Below are positions 9,983-19,062 of a stretch of DNA of 64,000 nt, one piece after another; positions within the stretch are counted from its first letter, which is position 1, and every line of letters begins with the position of its first letter. The notes below the pieces were generated by a model that was not told where the DNA came from, did no database searches, and worked only from the letters and a program-made list of their open reading frames with translations. The position numbers and the translations under genes are program-made. The stretch spans positions 284 through 64,283 of the forward strand of contig DATGER010000126.1 in NCBI GenBank assembly GCA_035309865.1, read 5' to 3'. The DNA is from Chloroflexota bacterium (GTDB taxonomy: Bacteria > Chloroflexota > UBA6077 > CF-72).

Positions 9983-10408
9983 ATGATCAGCGAACGTGTA
10001 CTTCCAGCGCCGGCGCCGGTCGTGCTGCCCGAGGTGAAAAACTTCTGGGACGCGACGGCGGAGGGTCGCCTGCTGCTACCGCGGTGCGAGGATTGCCAGA
10101 CGGTCATCTGGTACCCGCGGCCGTACTGCCCGACGTGCGCCTCGCTGAAAGTCAGCTGGTTCGCGGCGTCCGGCCGCGGCACGATCTATAGCTTCACGGT
10201 CAACCGTCGCGGTCAGGCAGACCTGTCCGCGTATCGCGAGGCCGGCACCTACGTGCTGGCGTATGTCGAGCTCGAGGAGGGTCCACGGATGATGACCAAC
10301 ATCGTGGACTGCGATCCCGAAAGCGTGAAGATTGGCCAGCGCGTGGAAGTGGTGTTCCACGACACTGGCCAGGGCACGGCGCTGCCCCGATTCAGGCCCA
10401 CTGCCTAG
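9983..10408 (+). CDS. DUF35 OB-fold / rubredoxin-like zinc-ribbon acyl-CoA-associated protein
   Basis: ATG at 9983, 3 nt after the thiolase stop. CEDCQTVIWYPRPYCPTC zinc ribbon, followed by an OB-fold-like region (GTIYSFTV...). Confidence 0.85.
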   Translation: MISERVLPAPAPVVLPEVKNFWDATAEGRLLLPRCEDCQTVIWYPRPYCPTCASLKVSWFAASGRGTIYSFTVNRRGQADLSAYREAGTYVLAYVELEEGPRMMTNIVDCDPESVKIGQRVEVVFHDTGQGTALPRFRPTA

Positions 10409-10626
10409 CGGAGCGGCTGAAGCGTTGCAGGCCGAACCTGTTCACGGCCGTTCTCCGAGAGGCAGAGTCGGCACGTGCATCGGTTCAGCCGCTACGTTCC
10501 AGCGAAAGTCTGCGAAGTAGTGGTTGGAGCGCCGGATTGCAGCTGCTCACTTCCGAAGGGTTTTCCCACGGCTGGGAGGGCGGGAAGGGAGCGACGAAGC
10601 GCCGATCCGCTGAAGTCGCCGACGGC

Positions 10627-11826
10627 TTAATCGACGATCGCCTGGTAGGCCAGATTGCGGAAGATCTGCTGCACCGGGTACTGCTCCAGCGGCATGTGTT
10701 GCGTCATCATCAGCCCGATGAAGTCTTCGGCGGGGTCGACCCAGAAGTACGTCTGGGCGGCCCCCGCCCAGCCGAACTCGCCGACTGAGGTCAGCGCCCG
10801 GGCCTTACCGAGGTCCGTCGCCACGCGAAAGCCCAGGCCGAAGCCGTGGTCCAACTCGTTCGCGCCGATCACCAGTGGCAGCAGTGCATTGGGGATGTGG
10901 TTGGCGGTCATCCAGGCGAGGGTTTTGCGGCTGACGAGCGGCGTGCCTTTGTCCAGCAGACAGTTGCAGAATTTGAGATAGTCGGCCAGCGTGGACGTGA
11001 GCCCGCCGCCACTGGACGGGCAGCGCGTTGGCAGGGTCACGTCGCCGATCAACGGAACGCTGTCCGCTGGAATCGGATACGGGTCGTACAGGGTTTTGGA
11101 AGCGTAGATCTGGGCGAGGCGAGGGACTTTGTCAGCCGCAACCTGGAAACTCGTATCAAGCATGCCCAGCGGCTTGAGAATGCGTTGGTCGAGGAAGTCC
11201 GCCAGCGGCATCTGGGCGACCACCTCCACGAGATACCCGAGGACGTCGGTGGCGTAGCTGTAGCGCCACTTTGTCCCGGGTTGGAACAGGAGTGGGATGG
11301 CCGCGATTCGCTCGATCACGTCCTTCAAGGGCCGCTCGCGGAGGAACAACTCGGGGATGGCCTGGCGGTACAGGTCTTCGACGGGCGAATCAGTGAACCA
11401 GCCGTAACTCAAGCCTGACGTATGCGTCAGCAGATGATGCACCGTCATGACGGGTTGCTGATCGACGAGTTGCGAGCCGAGGGCGCCGGACCCAGCGTAG
11501 ACCTTCGTTTTCGCGAACGCCGGGATGAAGTTGGCAACTGGCTCGTTGAGCCTGAAGCGGCCTTCTTCCACCAGGATCATCGCCGCGACGCTGACGATCG
11601 GTTTGGTCATCGAATAAATGCGAAAGATGTTGTTTTCCTGGATCGGCTGGCTGGCTTCGATATTGACCATGCCGGACGTGCCGAAATGCACGATCTTGCC
11701 GTGGCGCTGGAGCAACGTCATGATGCCCGGCAGGCGATTGTCTTTGACGCAGGCGTCGATCGCCGGGCCGAGGCGTTGTAGACGTTGGGAAGACATGCCG
11801 GCATCTTCGGCACGAGTTGTGTGCAT
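10627..11826 (-). CDS. Serine hydrolase, beta-lactamase/esterase (class C-like) family
   Basis: SxxK motif SMTKP, and later a YSY motif. ATG at 11826 (MHTTRAEDAGMSSQRLQRL) with an AAAGGA-type RBS. Confidence 0.85.
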   Translation of the reverse strand: MHTTRAEDAGMSSQRLQRLGPAIDACVKDNRLPGIMTLLQRHGKIVHFGTSGMVNIEASQPIQENNIFRIYSMTKPIVSVAAMILVEEGRFRLNEPVANFIPAFAKTKVYAGSGALGSQLVDQQPVMTVHHLLTHTSGLSYGWFTDSPVEDLYRQAIPELFLRERPLKDVIERIAAIPLLFQPGTKWRYSYATDVLGYLVEVVAQMPLADFLDQRILKPLGMLDTSFQVAADKVPRLAQIYASKTLYDPYPIPADSVPLIGDVTLPTRCPSSGGGLTSTLADYLKFCNCLLDKGTPLVSRKTLAWMTANHIPNALLPLVIGANELDHGFGLGFRVATDLGKARALTSVGEFGWAGAAQTYFWVDPAEDFIGLMMTQHMPLEQYPVQQIFRNLAYQAIVD

Positions 11827-12115
11827 AGCGTTTCGATCCTTTAGCTGGTCCAACAGGCGCGGAGGCCGCACAGGGTGCAGCGCAACTCATCGCTTTGCTC
11901 GCTTTGATCGCTGCGCTCGGGGTTCGACGCAGCGCGTAGTTCGGGAGCGGGCGGACGCGGCGTTGCCGCGCCGACCTCCGACGCCGGTTGGCACGATGAG
12001 GGACCTGGCGTCGCTGCTCCCAGAGCGGTCGTGCGCGAGTGATCAGCGGTCACGGGAGTGTGGAAAAATCAACCTGGACGTCTGGGGTCGCAACTGCGAC
12101 CGTGCCGTAGAGCGG

Positions 12116-12496
12116 TCACCTGCGTTTGAAGCGCGCCACCAGGTCGGCGCCCTGCTCGGGGGTGACGCCGCCGAGCTCCAGATGGATGCGCACCGTGTTG
12201 AACAGATTGACGTCCTGGCGCACGGGCGCACTCGGATCCGAGGTCGCCTCGATGGCCGCGTGGACCGACCGCAACGGCACCTCGAGTTGTTTGGCCAGCA
12301 CCTGAATCAGCTCGACGCCGCACGCCGCCACGCCTGACAGGAACAACTCAGCCGGGCCGATCGCCTCACCGGGGCAGCCGTTGGAGGCCGGGCCGTCGGC
12401 GATCAGGTGCTGATCGCGGGCGCTGACCAGCACGCGGCCAAAGGTCTCAGTCGAGCTCGCGTTCGTCTGGTAGCGGCGCACGGGTGTTTGGGTCAT
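12116..12496 (-). CDS. OsmC/Ohr family peroxiredoxin-like protein
   Basis: ATG at 12496. OsmC fold signature with conserved Cys (NGCPGE...LSGVAACGVE). 126 aa. Confidence 0.8.
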   Translation of the reverse strand: MTQTPVRRYQTNASSTETFGRVLVSARDQHLIADGPASNGCPGEAIGPAELFLSGVAACGVELIQVLAKQLEVPLRSVHAAIEATSDPSAPVRQDVNLFNTVRIHLELGGVTPEQGADLVARFKRR

Positions 12497-12661
12497 GCGG
12501 GCTATTGTGGCTGTTTTGAGTCCGCGCCGTCGTCCCTGGACCTCACGATCTCCCCCGCGGTGGCCAGCGCCTCCGTCAGGGCCCGGTGCCCACCAGCCTT
12601 CCAACTGGTCGGCCAGCTGCTCGCGCAACCTGGCGGCGGCACCAGAGCACTGGCACGCCGA

Positions 12662-12687
12662 AACCGCGTGGGTTGAACCGCGTGGGT
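12662..12687. repeat. Tandem direct repeat, 2 x AACCGCGTGGGT with 14-bp period
   Basis: Exact 12-mers at 12662-12673 and 12676-12687. They lie in the 200-bp spacer between the SDR stop (12698) and the OsmC start (12496). Confidence 0.7.
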
Positions 12688-12697
12688 CTGCGGCGGT

Positions 12698-13693
12698 CTA
12701 GGAGTCGACCTCGTAGGGCGAGTGCCAGAAGCGGTAGCCGCCTTCGCCGTCGACCCACTCCCCGGCGGGGCGGTCGTCCAGCGTGGTGCCGAAGCCGCCG
12801 GCGGGCGGGACTTTCAAGTTGGCCCCCAGCGTGGTGGGAAACACGCGTGCCAACTCTTCGGGGTCCCAGCGCTGCTGGGCGCGGATCGACCGGACCGCGT
12901 GTGGCTGCTCCAGCAAGGTGAGTCCGAACCCGTAGACGTGGAACACCTGACCGTTGACGTTGGCCGCCGCGTCGCTGGCCAGATACACCACCAGCGGCGC
13001 CACGTTGTCCGGATCGCGCTCGGTGCCCTTGGCCAGTTCGCTCGGCCACTTGCCGGTCTCTTCGAAGACCTTCCGCCCGCGCGGCGTCGAGTCGATCATG
13101 CGCGTCGCGCCGCTCGGCATGATCGCATTGACCGTGACACCGTATTTGCCCAGCGCGTTGGCGGTCGACCAGGTGAGGCCCATGATGCCCGCCTTGGCGG
13201 CGGCGTAGTTCGGCTGCCCGGGCGAGCCCAGCGCCGAAACGGACGACATGCTGACGACGCGGCCGCCCTGCTGCTCGCGCATCCGAATGGACGCCGCGCG
13301 CGTGCAGTTGAACGTGCCCTTCAGATGCACGGCGATGACGGCGTCCCATTCGGCCTCGGTCATGTTAAAGATCATTCGGTCGCGCAGGATGCCCGCGACG
13401 TTGACCAGGATGTCGATGCCGCCAAACGAGCGAACGACCTGTTCGACCATGTCGGTCGCATCGTCGAACGACGCCACGTTGCCACGATTGACCTCGGCCG
13501 TCCCGCCATTGGTGAGGATCTCGTCGACCACCTGGTCGGCCGGCAGGGCTTCGGTGCCCTCACCCGACAGGCTCGTGCCCAGGTCGTTGACCACGACCCG
13601 TGCCCCGGCCTGCGCCAGCGCCAGCGCAATGCCGCGCCCGATGCCCCGCCCCGCGCCAGTAACCAGCGCCGCCTTGCCGTCCAGCATGCCCAT
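12698..13693 (-). CDS. SDR family oxidoreductase with about 80-aa C-terminal extension
   Basis: TGAGRGIG cofactor motif and YAAAK catalytic motif. GGTGGA RBS upstream of the ATG at 13693. Confidence 0.9.
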   Translation of the reverse strand: MGMLDGKAALVTGAGRGIGRGIALALAQAGARVVVNDLGTSLSGEGTEALPADQVVDEILTNGGTAEVNRGNVASFDDATDMVEQVVRSFGGIDILVNVAGILRDRMIFNMTEAEWDAVIAVHLKGTFNCTRAASIRMREQQGGRVVSMSSVSALGSPGQPNYAAAKAGIMGLTWSTANALGKYGVTVNAIMPSGATRMIDSTPRGRKVFEETGKWPSELAKGTERDPDNVAPLVVYLASDAAANVNGQVFHVYGFGLTLLEQPHAVRSIRAQQRWDPEELARVFPTTLGANLKVPPAGGFGTTLDDRPAGEWVDGEGGYRFWHSPYEVDS

Positions 13694-13751
13694 AAGCGTT
13701 CCACCCCGCCCCGCGATCCGAAGTGTTGCCTAGTATAGAGAGGCTTTCCGA

Positions 13752-15890
13752 ATGACCTCATCGGCCGCTGGCACCAACCTGAGCGCACTGTTCGAGCCGC
13801 GGTCGGTGGCGTTGATTGGCGCCTCGGCGGACCCGCAGTCGATCAGCGCTCGGCCGTTGCGGCTAATGCTGCAGCACGGCTTCGCGGGCCGGCTGTACCC
13901 GGTGAATCCGAAGTACACGGCGCTGCAGGGGCTACGCGTGTACCCGTCGATCGGCGCGGTACCCCAGCCGGTTGACCTGGCGCTCGTGGTGGTGCCGGCG
14001 CCGGGCGTGCCGGGGGTGCTCGAGGAGTGTGCCGCGGCGGGCGTGCGCTGCGCAGTCGTCATCACGTCGGGTTTTGCCGAGAGCGGGCCGGCCGGGCGGG
14101 AACTGCAGCAGCGAGTTGCCGACGTGGTGACCCGGACTGGCTTGCGGGTGTGCGGCCCGAACTCGGAAGGTCTGTTCAATCCAGTCGCCGGGGTGTGCGC
14201 GACGTTCAGCCCGGCGGTCGATCCGGAGCATGGCTTTGTTCCTTTCCCGGATCCGGCGGGACCGATCGCAATCGTCTCCCAGAGCGGCGGACTCGCCTTC
14301 GCGTTGCTGAACCACGCGCAGGACCGCGGGCTGGGGGTTGGCGCGGTGGTCAGCACCGGCAACGAAGTGGACCTGGGTTGGGCCGACTACGTCGAGTACC
14401 TGCTCGACCAGCCGGGCACGCGGGTCGTGCTCGGCTTCGTGGAGGCCTTGCGTCAGTCCGGGCGCCTGGTCGAGCTTGCCCGCAAGGCCGCGCGACTGCG
14501 CAAGCCGATCCTGGTCGCCAAGATCGGCCGGTCAGACGCCGGGCGGCGGGCGGCCGCCTCGCACACCGCGAGCCTGGTGGGTACGGACGCCGCGTACTCG
14601 GGCGCCTTTCGCCAGCTGGGCATCGTGCGCGTCGACGACGTCGACGAGATGCTCGATCTGGCGGCGTATTTCAGCCTCGGGCGCTTGCCGGCAGGTCGGC
14701 GCGTGGCGGTCCTGACCGCGTCCGGCGGCGCGGGCGCCTGGCTCGCGGATCTGTGCGCGACGCGCGGTCTGACGCTCCCGGAGCCGGGCGCGACCGAGCA
14801 GGCGGAAATCCGCGCGTTCATCCCGGCGTATGGCAGCGTCCGCAATCCGGTGGACATCACGGCCCAGGCGGTCCTCGGCGGTGGCTTCGAGCGAGCGCTC
14901 GGTCTGCTGGCCCACTCGGCGGCTTTCGACACGGTGGTGGCGGTGGGCACGCTCGTCCGCGAGGAGCGCTTTTTCCAGACCTTTGCGGAGTTGCAGCAAA
15001 CGCTCGAGGGGGCGACGGCGGCCGTCGTGTACTACTCCTATACGCGCGCCAGTCCAGCGGTCATCAGCGCGCTCGCGGGACTCGGCATTCCGTGCTTTTC
15101 CACGCCCGGCCGCACCGCGCGCGCGCTCAGCGCGGCGGCCGAGTACGCCGAGTTCTTACAGCGTGCGGATCAGGTGACCTGCTTCGGGACGGGCATTCAT
15201 GCATGGCCCGAGCCGGCGGCGGCGCTGTCGGAAGCTGGCGCGCGGGCGTACGTGGCGGCGCTCGGGATACCTTCGCCGCAGGATTGCCTGGCCGGGTCGG
15301 CGGACGACGCCGTGGCGTGTTTCGGGGCGCTCGGGGGTGGGCCGGTGGCGCTCAAGGTGCAATCGCCGGACCTGGCGCACAAGTCGGACGTCGGGGGCGT
15401 TCGGCTCGACCTGCGGGCCGCGGACGCGGTGCGCGCGGCGTTCGTCGAGATCGTGGCCGCCACCCGCGCCGCGCGGCCTGACGCGGCCATCGAAGGCGTG
15501 CTCGTCCAGCGCATGGCGCCCCCGGGGATCGAGGCGTTTGTCGCGGCGCGGCGCGAGCCGGTGCTCGGCGTGCTGGTGGTGGTGGGAATGGGCGGCCTGG
15601 ACGTGGAGGCACTGGGCGACGTCGCGATGCGGCTGGCGCCGGTGTCATTGGCCGAAGCACACGCCATGCTGGACGAACTGCGCGGATCGGCGGTGCTGCA
15701 CGGCACCCGCGGCCGCTCGCCGGCCGACGTCGAGGCGCTCGCCGAGGCGGTGGTGCGCATCTCCGACATGGCCGCCGCGCTGCCCCCGAACATCGCCGGC
15801 GTCGAGATCAACCCGCTGCTGGTGTTGCCCGCGGGCCAGGGTGTGCTGATGCTGGACGTGGCAATCGAACTGAAGGGAACGGCGACATGA
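13752..15890 (+). CDS. ADP-forming acyl-CoA synthetase (acetate--CoA ligase family, fused alpha/beta)
   Basis: N-terminal CoA-binding region (RSVALIGAS...YPVNP), a ligase-CoA domain, and a C-terminal ATP-grasp (PVALKVQSPDLAHKSDVGGV). Confidence 0.85.
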   Translation: MTSSAAGTNLSALFEPRSVALIGASADPQSISARPLRLMLQHGFAGRLYPVNPKYTALQGLRVYPSIGAVPQPVDLALVVVPAPGVPGVLEECAAAGVRCAVVITSGFAESGPAGRELQQRVADVVTRTGLRVCGPNSEGLFNPVAGVCATFSPAVDPEHGFVPFPDPAGPIAIVSQSGGLAFALLNHAQDRGLGVGAVVSTGNEVDLGWADYVEYLLDQPGTRVVLGFVEALRQSGRLVELARKAARLRKPILVAKIGRSDAGRRAAASHTASLVGTDAAYSGAFRQLGIVRVDDVDEMLDLAAYFSLGRLPAGRRVAVLTASGGAGAWLADLCATRGLTLPEPGATEQAEIRAFIPAYGSVRNPVDITAQAVLGGGFERALGLLAHSAAFDTVVAVGTLVREERFFQTFAELQQTLEGATAAVVYYSYTRASPAVISALAGLGIPCFSTPGRTARALSAAAEYAEFLQRADQVTCFGTGIHAWPEPAAALSEAGARAYVAALGIPSPQDCLAGSADDAVACFGALGGGPVALKVQSPDLAHKSDVGGVRLDLRAADAVRAAFVEIVAATRAARPDAAIEGVLVQRMAPPGIEAFVAARREPVLGVLVVVGMGGLDVEALGDVAMRLAPVSLAEAHAMLDELRGSAVLHGTRGRSPADVEALAEAVVRISDMAAALPPNIAGVEINPLLVLPAGQGVLMLDVAIELKGTAT

Positions 15891-17053
15891 AGTTGACCGA
15901 TGAGCAGGTGGCCATCAAGCGCATGGTCGCCGACTTCGCCAGGAACGAACTTGCCGACAACGCGTTCAAACCTGAGACTGAAGAGCAGTACCGCGGCCGC
16001 CTGAAGAAGCTCGCCGCGCAGGGTTTGCTGGGCATGACCGCGCCGGTCGAATACGGCGGCGGCGGGCTCTCGTACTTCGACGCCCTGCTGGCCGTCGAGG
16101 AGATGGCTAGATACGATCCGCGCAGCGCCGGCGAGATGCACACCAACGGCACGGGCACCGCCAGCCACCTCTGGGTGCTCGGGACGCCTGAGCAGCAGGA
16201 GCGCTGGCTGCGACCCATCTGCGAGGGTCGCATGCGGTGCGCCATCGCCATGACCGAGCCCGAAGCCGGCTCCGCGGCCACCGAGATGACGACCACCGCG
16301 ACGCTGTCGCCCGACGGGCGGGAGTATTGCCTCAGCGGTGGCAAGATCTTCATCAGCGGCGGCAAGCGCGCCGACGTGTTCATTACGTATGCCCGATTTC
16401 CGACTGAGGGCGGCGATGCTGACAAGGGCGGCCGAAATATCGGCGCGCTCGTGGTCGAAAAGGACACGCCCGGTTTTTCGATCCTGCGCAACGACCACAA
16501 CATGGCCGACGAGGATCAGGCGCAGCTGGCGTTCGACGACTGTCGCGTGCCGAAGGAGAATGTCCTGGTCACCGGCAACGCGTTTGGTCGGCTGATCCGC
16601 ATTTACAACCGCAATCGGCTGTCTGGCGTCGCCCAGGCGCTGGGGATGGCGACCGCGTCATACGAGGACGCGCTGCGGCATCTCCAGGTACGGCGCCAGT
16701 TCGGCCGTGAGCTCGCTGACTTTCAGGGATTGCAATGGATGCTGGCCGACATGGCGATCCAGCTCAATGCCTGCCGCGCGACGCTGTACCAGGCGGCCAC
16801 CGCCGAGCAGGACGGCGAGCTGGATCCGCTCCAGGTGTCGATGGCCAAGGTGTTCATCGCCGAGACCTGCGTGCGCGTGTGCGACATGGCGATCCAGTTG
16901 TTTGGCGGCTACGGGTACATGGCGGAGGCGCCGGTGAACCAGCGCTATCGCCGCGTGCGCGGCACCGCGATCTACGGCGGGACGATGCAGATTCACCGCA
17001 ACATGATCGCCGCCCGAGTCCTGGGTCGGCGCAACGATCAGCGCCGAGCGTGA
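15887..17053 (+). CDS. Acyl-CoA dehydrogenase
   Basis: ATGA overlap with the upstream stop. ACAD motifs AMTEPEAGS and QLFGGYGY. 388 aa. Confidence 0.9.
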   Translation: MKLTDEQVAIKRMVADFARNELADNAFKPETEEQYRGRLKKLAAQGLLGMTAPVEYGGGGLSYFDALLAVEEMARYDPRSAGEMHTNGTGTASHLWVLGTPEQQERWLRPICEGRMRCAIAMTEPEAGSAATEMTTTATLSPDGREYCLSGGKIFISGGKRADVFITYARFPTEGGDADKGGRNIGALVVEKDTPGFSILRNDHNMADEDQAQLAFDDCRVPKENVLVTGNAFGRLIRIYNRNRLSGVAQALGMATASYEDALRHLQVRRQFGRELADFQGLQWMLADMAIQLNACRATLYQAATAEQDGELDPLQVSMAKVFIAETCVRVCDMAIQLFGGYGYMAEAPVNQRYRRVRGTAIYGGTMQIHRNMIAARVLGRRNDQRRA

Positions 17054-17451
17054 TCGCGGTGGTCGTGGCCAGCGCGCCAGGCGGTAGCGGATCGTGCACG
17101 GCGAAGCACGCCGCGATCCGGGCGCGCGCCCGAAAAGTAAGAAGCCGGGTGTTAGCAGCGGCCGAACTGCGTTCAGTGCATGGCCGAGCGGGCCGGCAAG
17201 TGGTGTTGCTGCGGACTTTTCGGCCGCCCCTCTAGTGCAGGCGCGTCCAGGCCGCGTGGGCCTCGGGCGCGCACGCGCGTTTGATGGCCAGATCAATGCG
17301 TTCGTCCGCCGGTTGCAGTTCGGCGCGGCTGGGGCGGGGAATATGGATGTGGCTCGGTTCGGGGCGCTCGGGGCTTCGCAGTTCCATACCACACCACAAC
17401 CCGCGCGCCCGCCGGATAATTCCCGACCTGGGATCGAGAGTATTCCAACTT

Positions 17452-18522
17452 TCAGTCGGGGAGGTAGCCGCTCGCGCGCGCCTCTTTCAGCTTCGTGTAG
17501 GCCAGCGTGGGGAGCAGGCTGAACCAGTAGCGCTCGCTGGTGTTCGGCACGCTACCCCCCGTGGCGTAGTCGAGATTGAAGACCGTCGCGCCGATCAGCC
17601 ACGGGTACTGGGTGTTGGCCATGTGCAACGCCTCGACCAGGTAGCTGGCCCGGACGTCGGCGGGCAGCTCCATCCAGGCGTACTGGCCCAGGTCGATGGG
17701 GGTCTGCTCCAGGACGCCGAACTCCGTGATGACCCCGGGCTTGGCGTCGTCCCCGTGCTGCAGCATCACGTCGCGGTACAGCTCCACATCGCGGAAGCAC
17801 ATCGGGGTGCACGCCGGATCGGTGGCCGGATCGAAGTTGCCCAGGTAGGCGTGGACGCCCAGCGCATCGAACGCCGCGGCTCCGCCAGCGTCGTACAGGC
17901 CATTCAACCAATCGACGTCCTCCATCGTCCCGCCGCGACCACCGGTGCGCTGAGATGGAGCGGCGCTCACGACCGTCACGTTGGGGTCGGCGCGTTTCGC
18001 GCCGCGGTAGGCGCCGGCGAGAATGCGGGCATACGCCGCGGGATCGACCGGAGTGGCGCCCCATTCGAGCGGCAGGTTCATTTCATTGAACACTTCGACG
18101 TACGCGATGCTCCCGCCCGCGAAGCGCAGGACATGGTAAACGTAGTCCTCGACGTCAGCCGGATCGAGCCGGTACACCGCTCCACCGGCCCACGCGGGCG
18201 GCTGGTCGAGGCGCAGGCCGACCTTGAGTCCGTTGGCGCGGGCCGCATCGAGCACATTTGAGAGGTCGTTGGCCGCCGTGCGGCCCCACTGATCGTGCTG
18301 CTCGAACACGAACTGGCCGCGGCTGGGCTCGACGGCGGCCCAGGCGACGTAGGCGCTCATGAGCGTGAAGCCGCCGGCGCGGGCGCGGGGCGCATTGTCG
18401 AGCGCGGTCAGAATCACCCCGTAAGCGAAGCCGGGATGGCCCGACGCGCCCGCGGCGGCCGCCGGCCCGGAGGTGGCGGCCAGCAGCAGGACGAAGCAGG
18501 TCAAAGAGGACTTCCAGGGCAT
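17452..18522 (-). CDS. Secreted TIM-barrel glycoside hydrolase-like protein (clan GH-A type)
   Basis: ATG at 18522 gives the signal peptide MPWKSSLTCFVLLLAATSGPAAAA. VEVFNEMN resembles the acid/base NE motif of GH-A enzymes. Family not assignable by eye. Confidence 0.55.
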   Translation of the reverse strand: MPWKSSLTCFVLLLAATSGPAAAAGASGHPGFAYGVILTALDNAPRARAGGFTLMSAYVAWAAVEPSRGQFVFEQHDQWGRTAANDLSNVLDAARANGLKVGLRLDQPPAWAGGAVYRLDPADVEDYVYHVLRFAGGSIAYVEVFNEMNLPLEWGATPVDPAAYARILAGAYRGAKRADPNVTVVSAAPSQRTGGRGGTMEDVDWLNGLYDAGGAAAFDALGVHAYLGNFDPATDPACTPMCFRDVELYRDVMLQHGDDAKPGVITEFGVLEQTPIDLGQYAWMELPADVRASYLVEALHMANTQYPWLIGATVFNLDYATGGSVPNTSERYWFSLLPTLAYTKLKEARASGYLPD

Positions 18523-18567
18523 GGGTCGGCGGGCCGATTCTATGCACGGGGCGCGCGAATCCAAAGC

Positions 18568-18616
18568 AATTGCACGTCAGTAACTATCCTGTTACCTTTA
18601 GGCGGCGCATGCAATT
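18568..18616. promoter_or_regulatory. Candidate operator: nested inverted repeats in the divergent ArsR/GH promoter region
   Basis: AATTGCAC (18568-18575) and ATGCAATT (18609-18616) match 7/8 as an inverted repeat. They enclose GTAAC-N6-GTTAC (18580-18595). The patch is locally AT-rich. Confidence 0.3.
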
Positions 18617-18651
18617 CTTCGAGGCGGCCTGTCAAGCGCTGAGCACGAGGT

Positions 18652-19062
18652 TTGCCACGGCGACTACGCTCACGCAAGGCCGTGTTGGGAAGCCGCCATG
18701 ACTCTGCCGGGTCGACGCGTTCGCGAAGCGGTGTGACTCTGCAAAGTCGAGCCGGCGACCCGTTCGATGCCCTGGGTGACCCGCATCGGCGAGCGATTGT
18801 CGAATTGCTCGGGGCGGGTGGGCGCTCGGTGCGCGAAATTGCCGACACCCTGCCGATCAGCCGCCCGGCGGTCTCGCGCCACCTGCGGCTGCTCAAGGAC
18901 GCTGGCCTGGTGATCGAAGAGCCGCGTGGCACCCGGCGGATCTATCGGCTGCACGCCGAGGGCGTCGACGCCGTGCAGCGGTATCTGGTCCAGGTGTGGG
19001 GCGACGCGGCGGCGCGGTTTCGGCTGGTCGCGGAAAATACCCGGCCCGAGGCGCGCGATTGA
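18652..19062 (+). CDS. ArsR/SmtB family transcriptional regulator
   Basis: wHTH region DPHRRAIVELLGAGGRSVREIADTLPISRPAVSRHLRLLKDAGLV. Only non-ATG starts are in frame (TTG 18652, GTG 18733). The true start is probably the later one. Confidence 0.8.
   Translation: MPRRLRSRKAVLGSRHDSAGSTRSRSGVTLQSRAGDPFDALGDPHRRAIVELLGAGGRSVREIADTLPISRPAVSRHLRLLKDAGLVIEEPRGTRRIYRLHAEGVDAVQRYLVQVWGDAAARFRLVAENTRPEARD

Noticed and set aside
15197-16498. 433-aa minus-strand ORF, and similar long ORFs at 14027..15481, 6049..7197, 6113..6946, 18942..19805, 20628..21713 and 24917..25930
   Set aside because: All overlap strongly supported genes on the other strand or frame. All show the Arg/Ala/Gly/Pro bias expected for non-coding frames in high-GC DNA.
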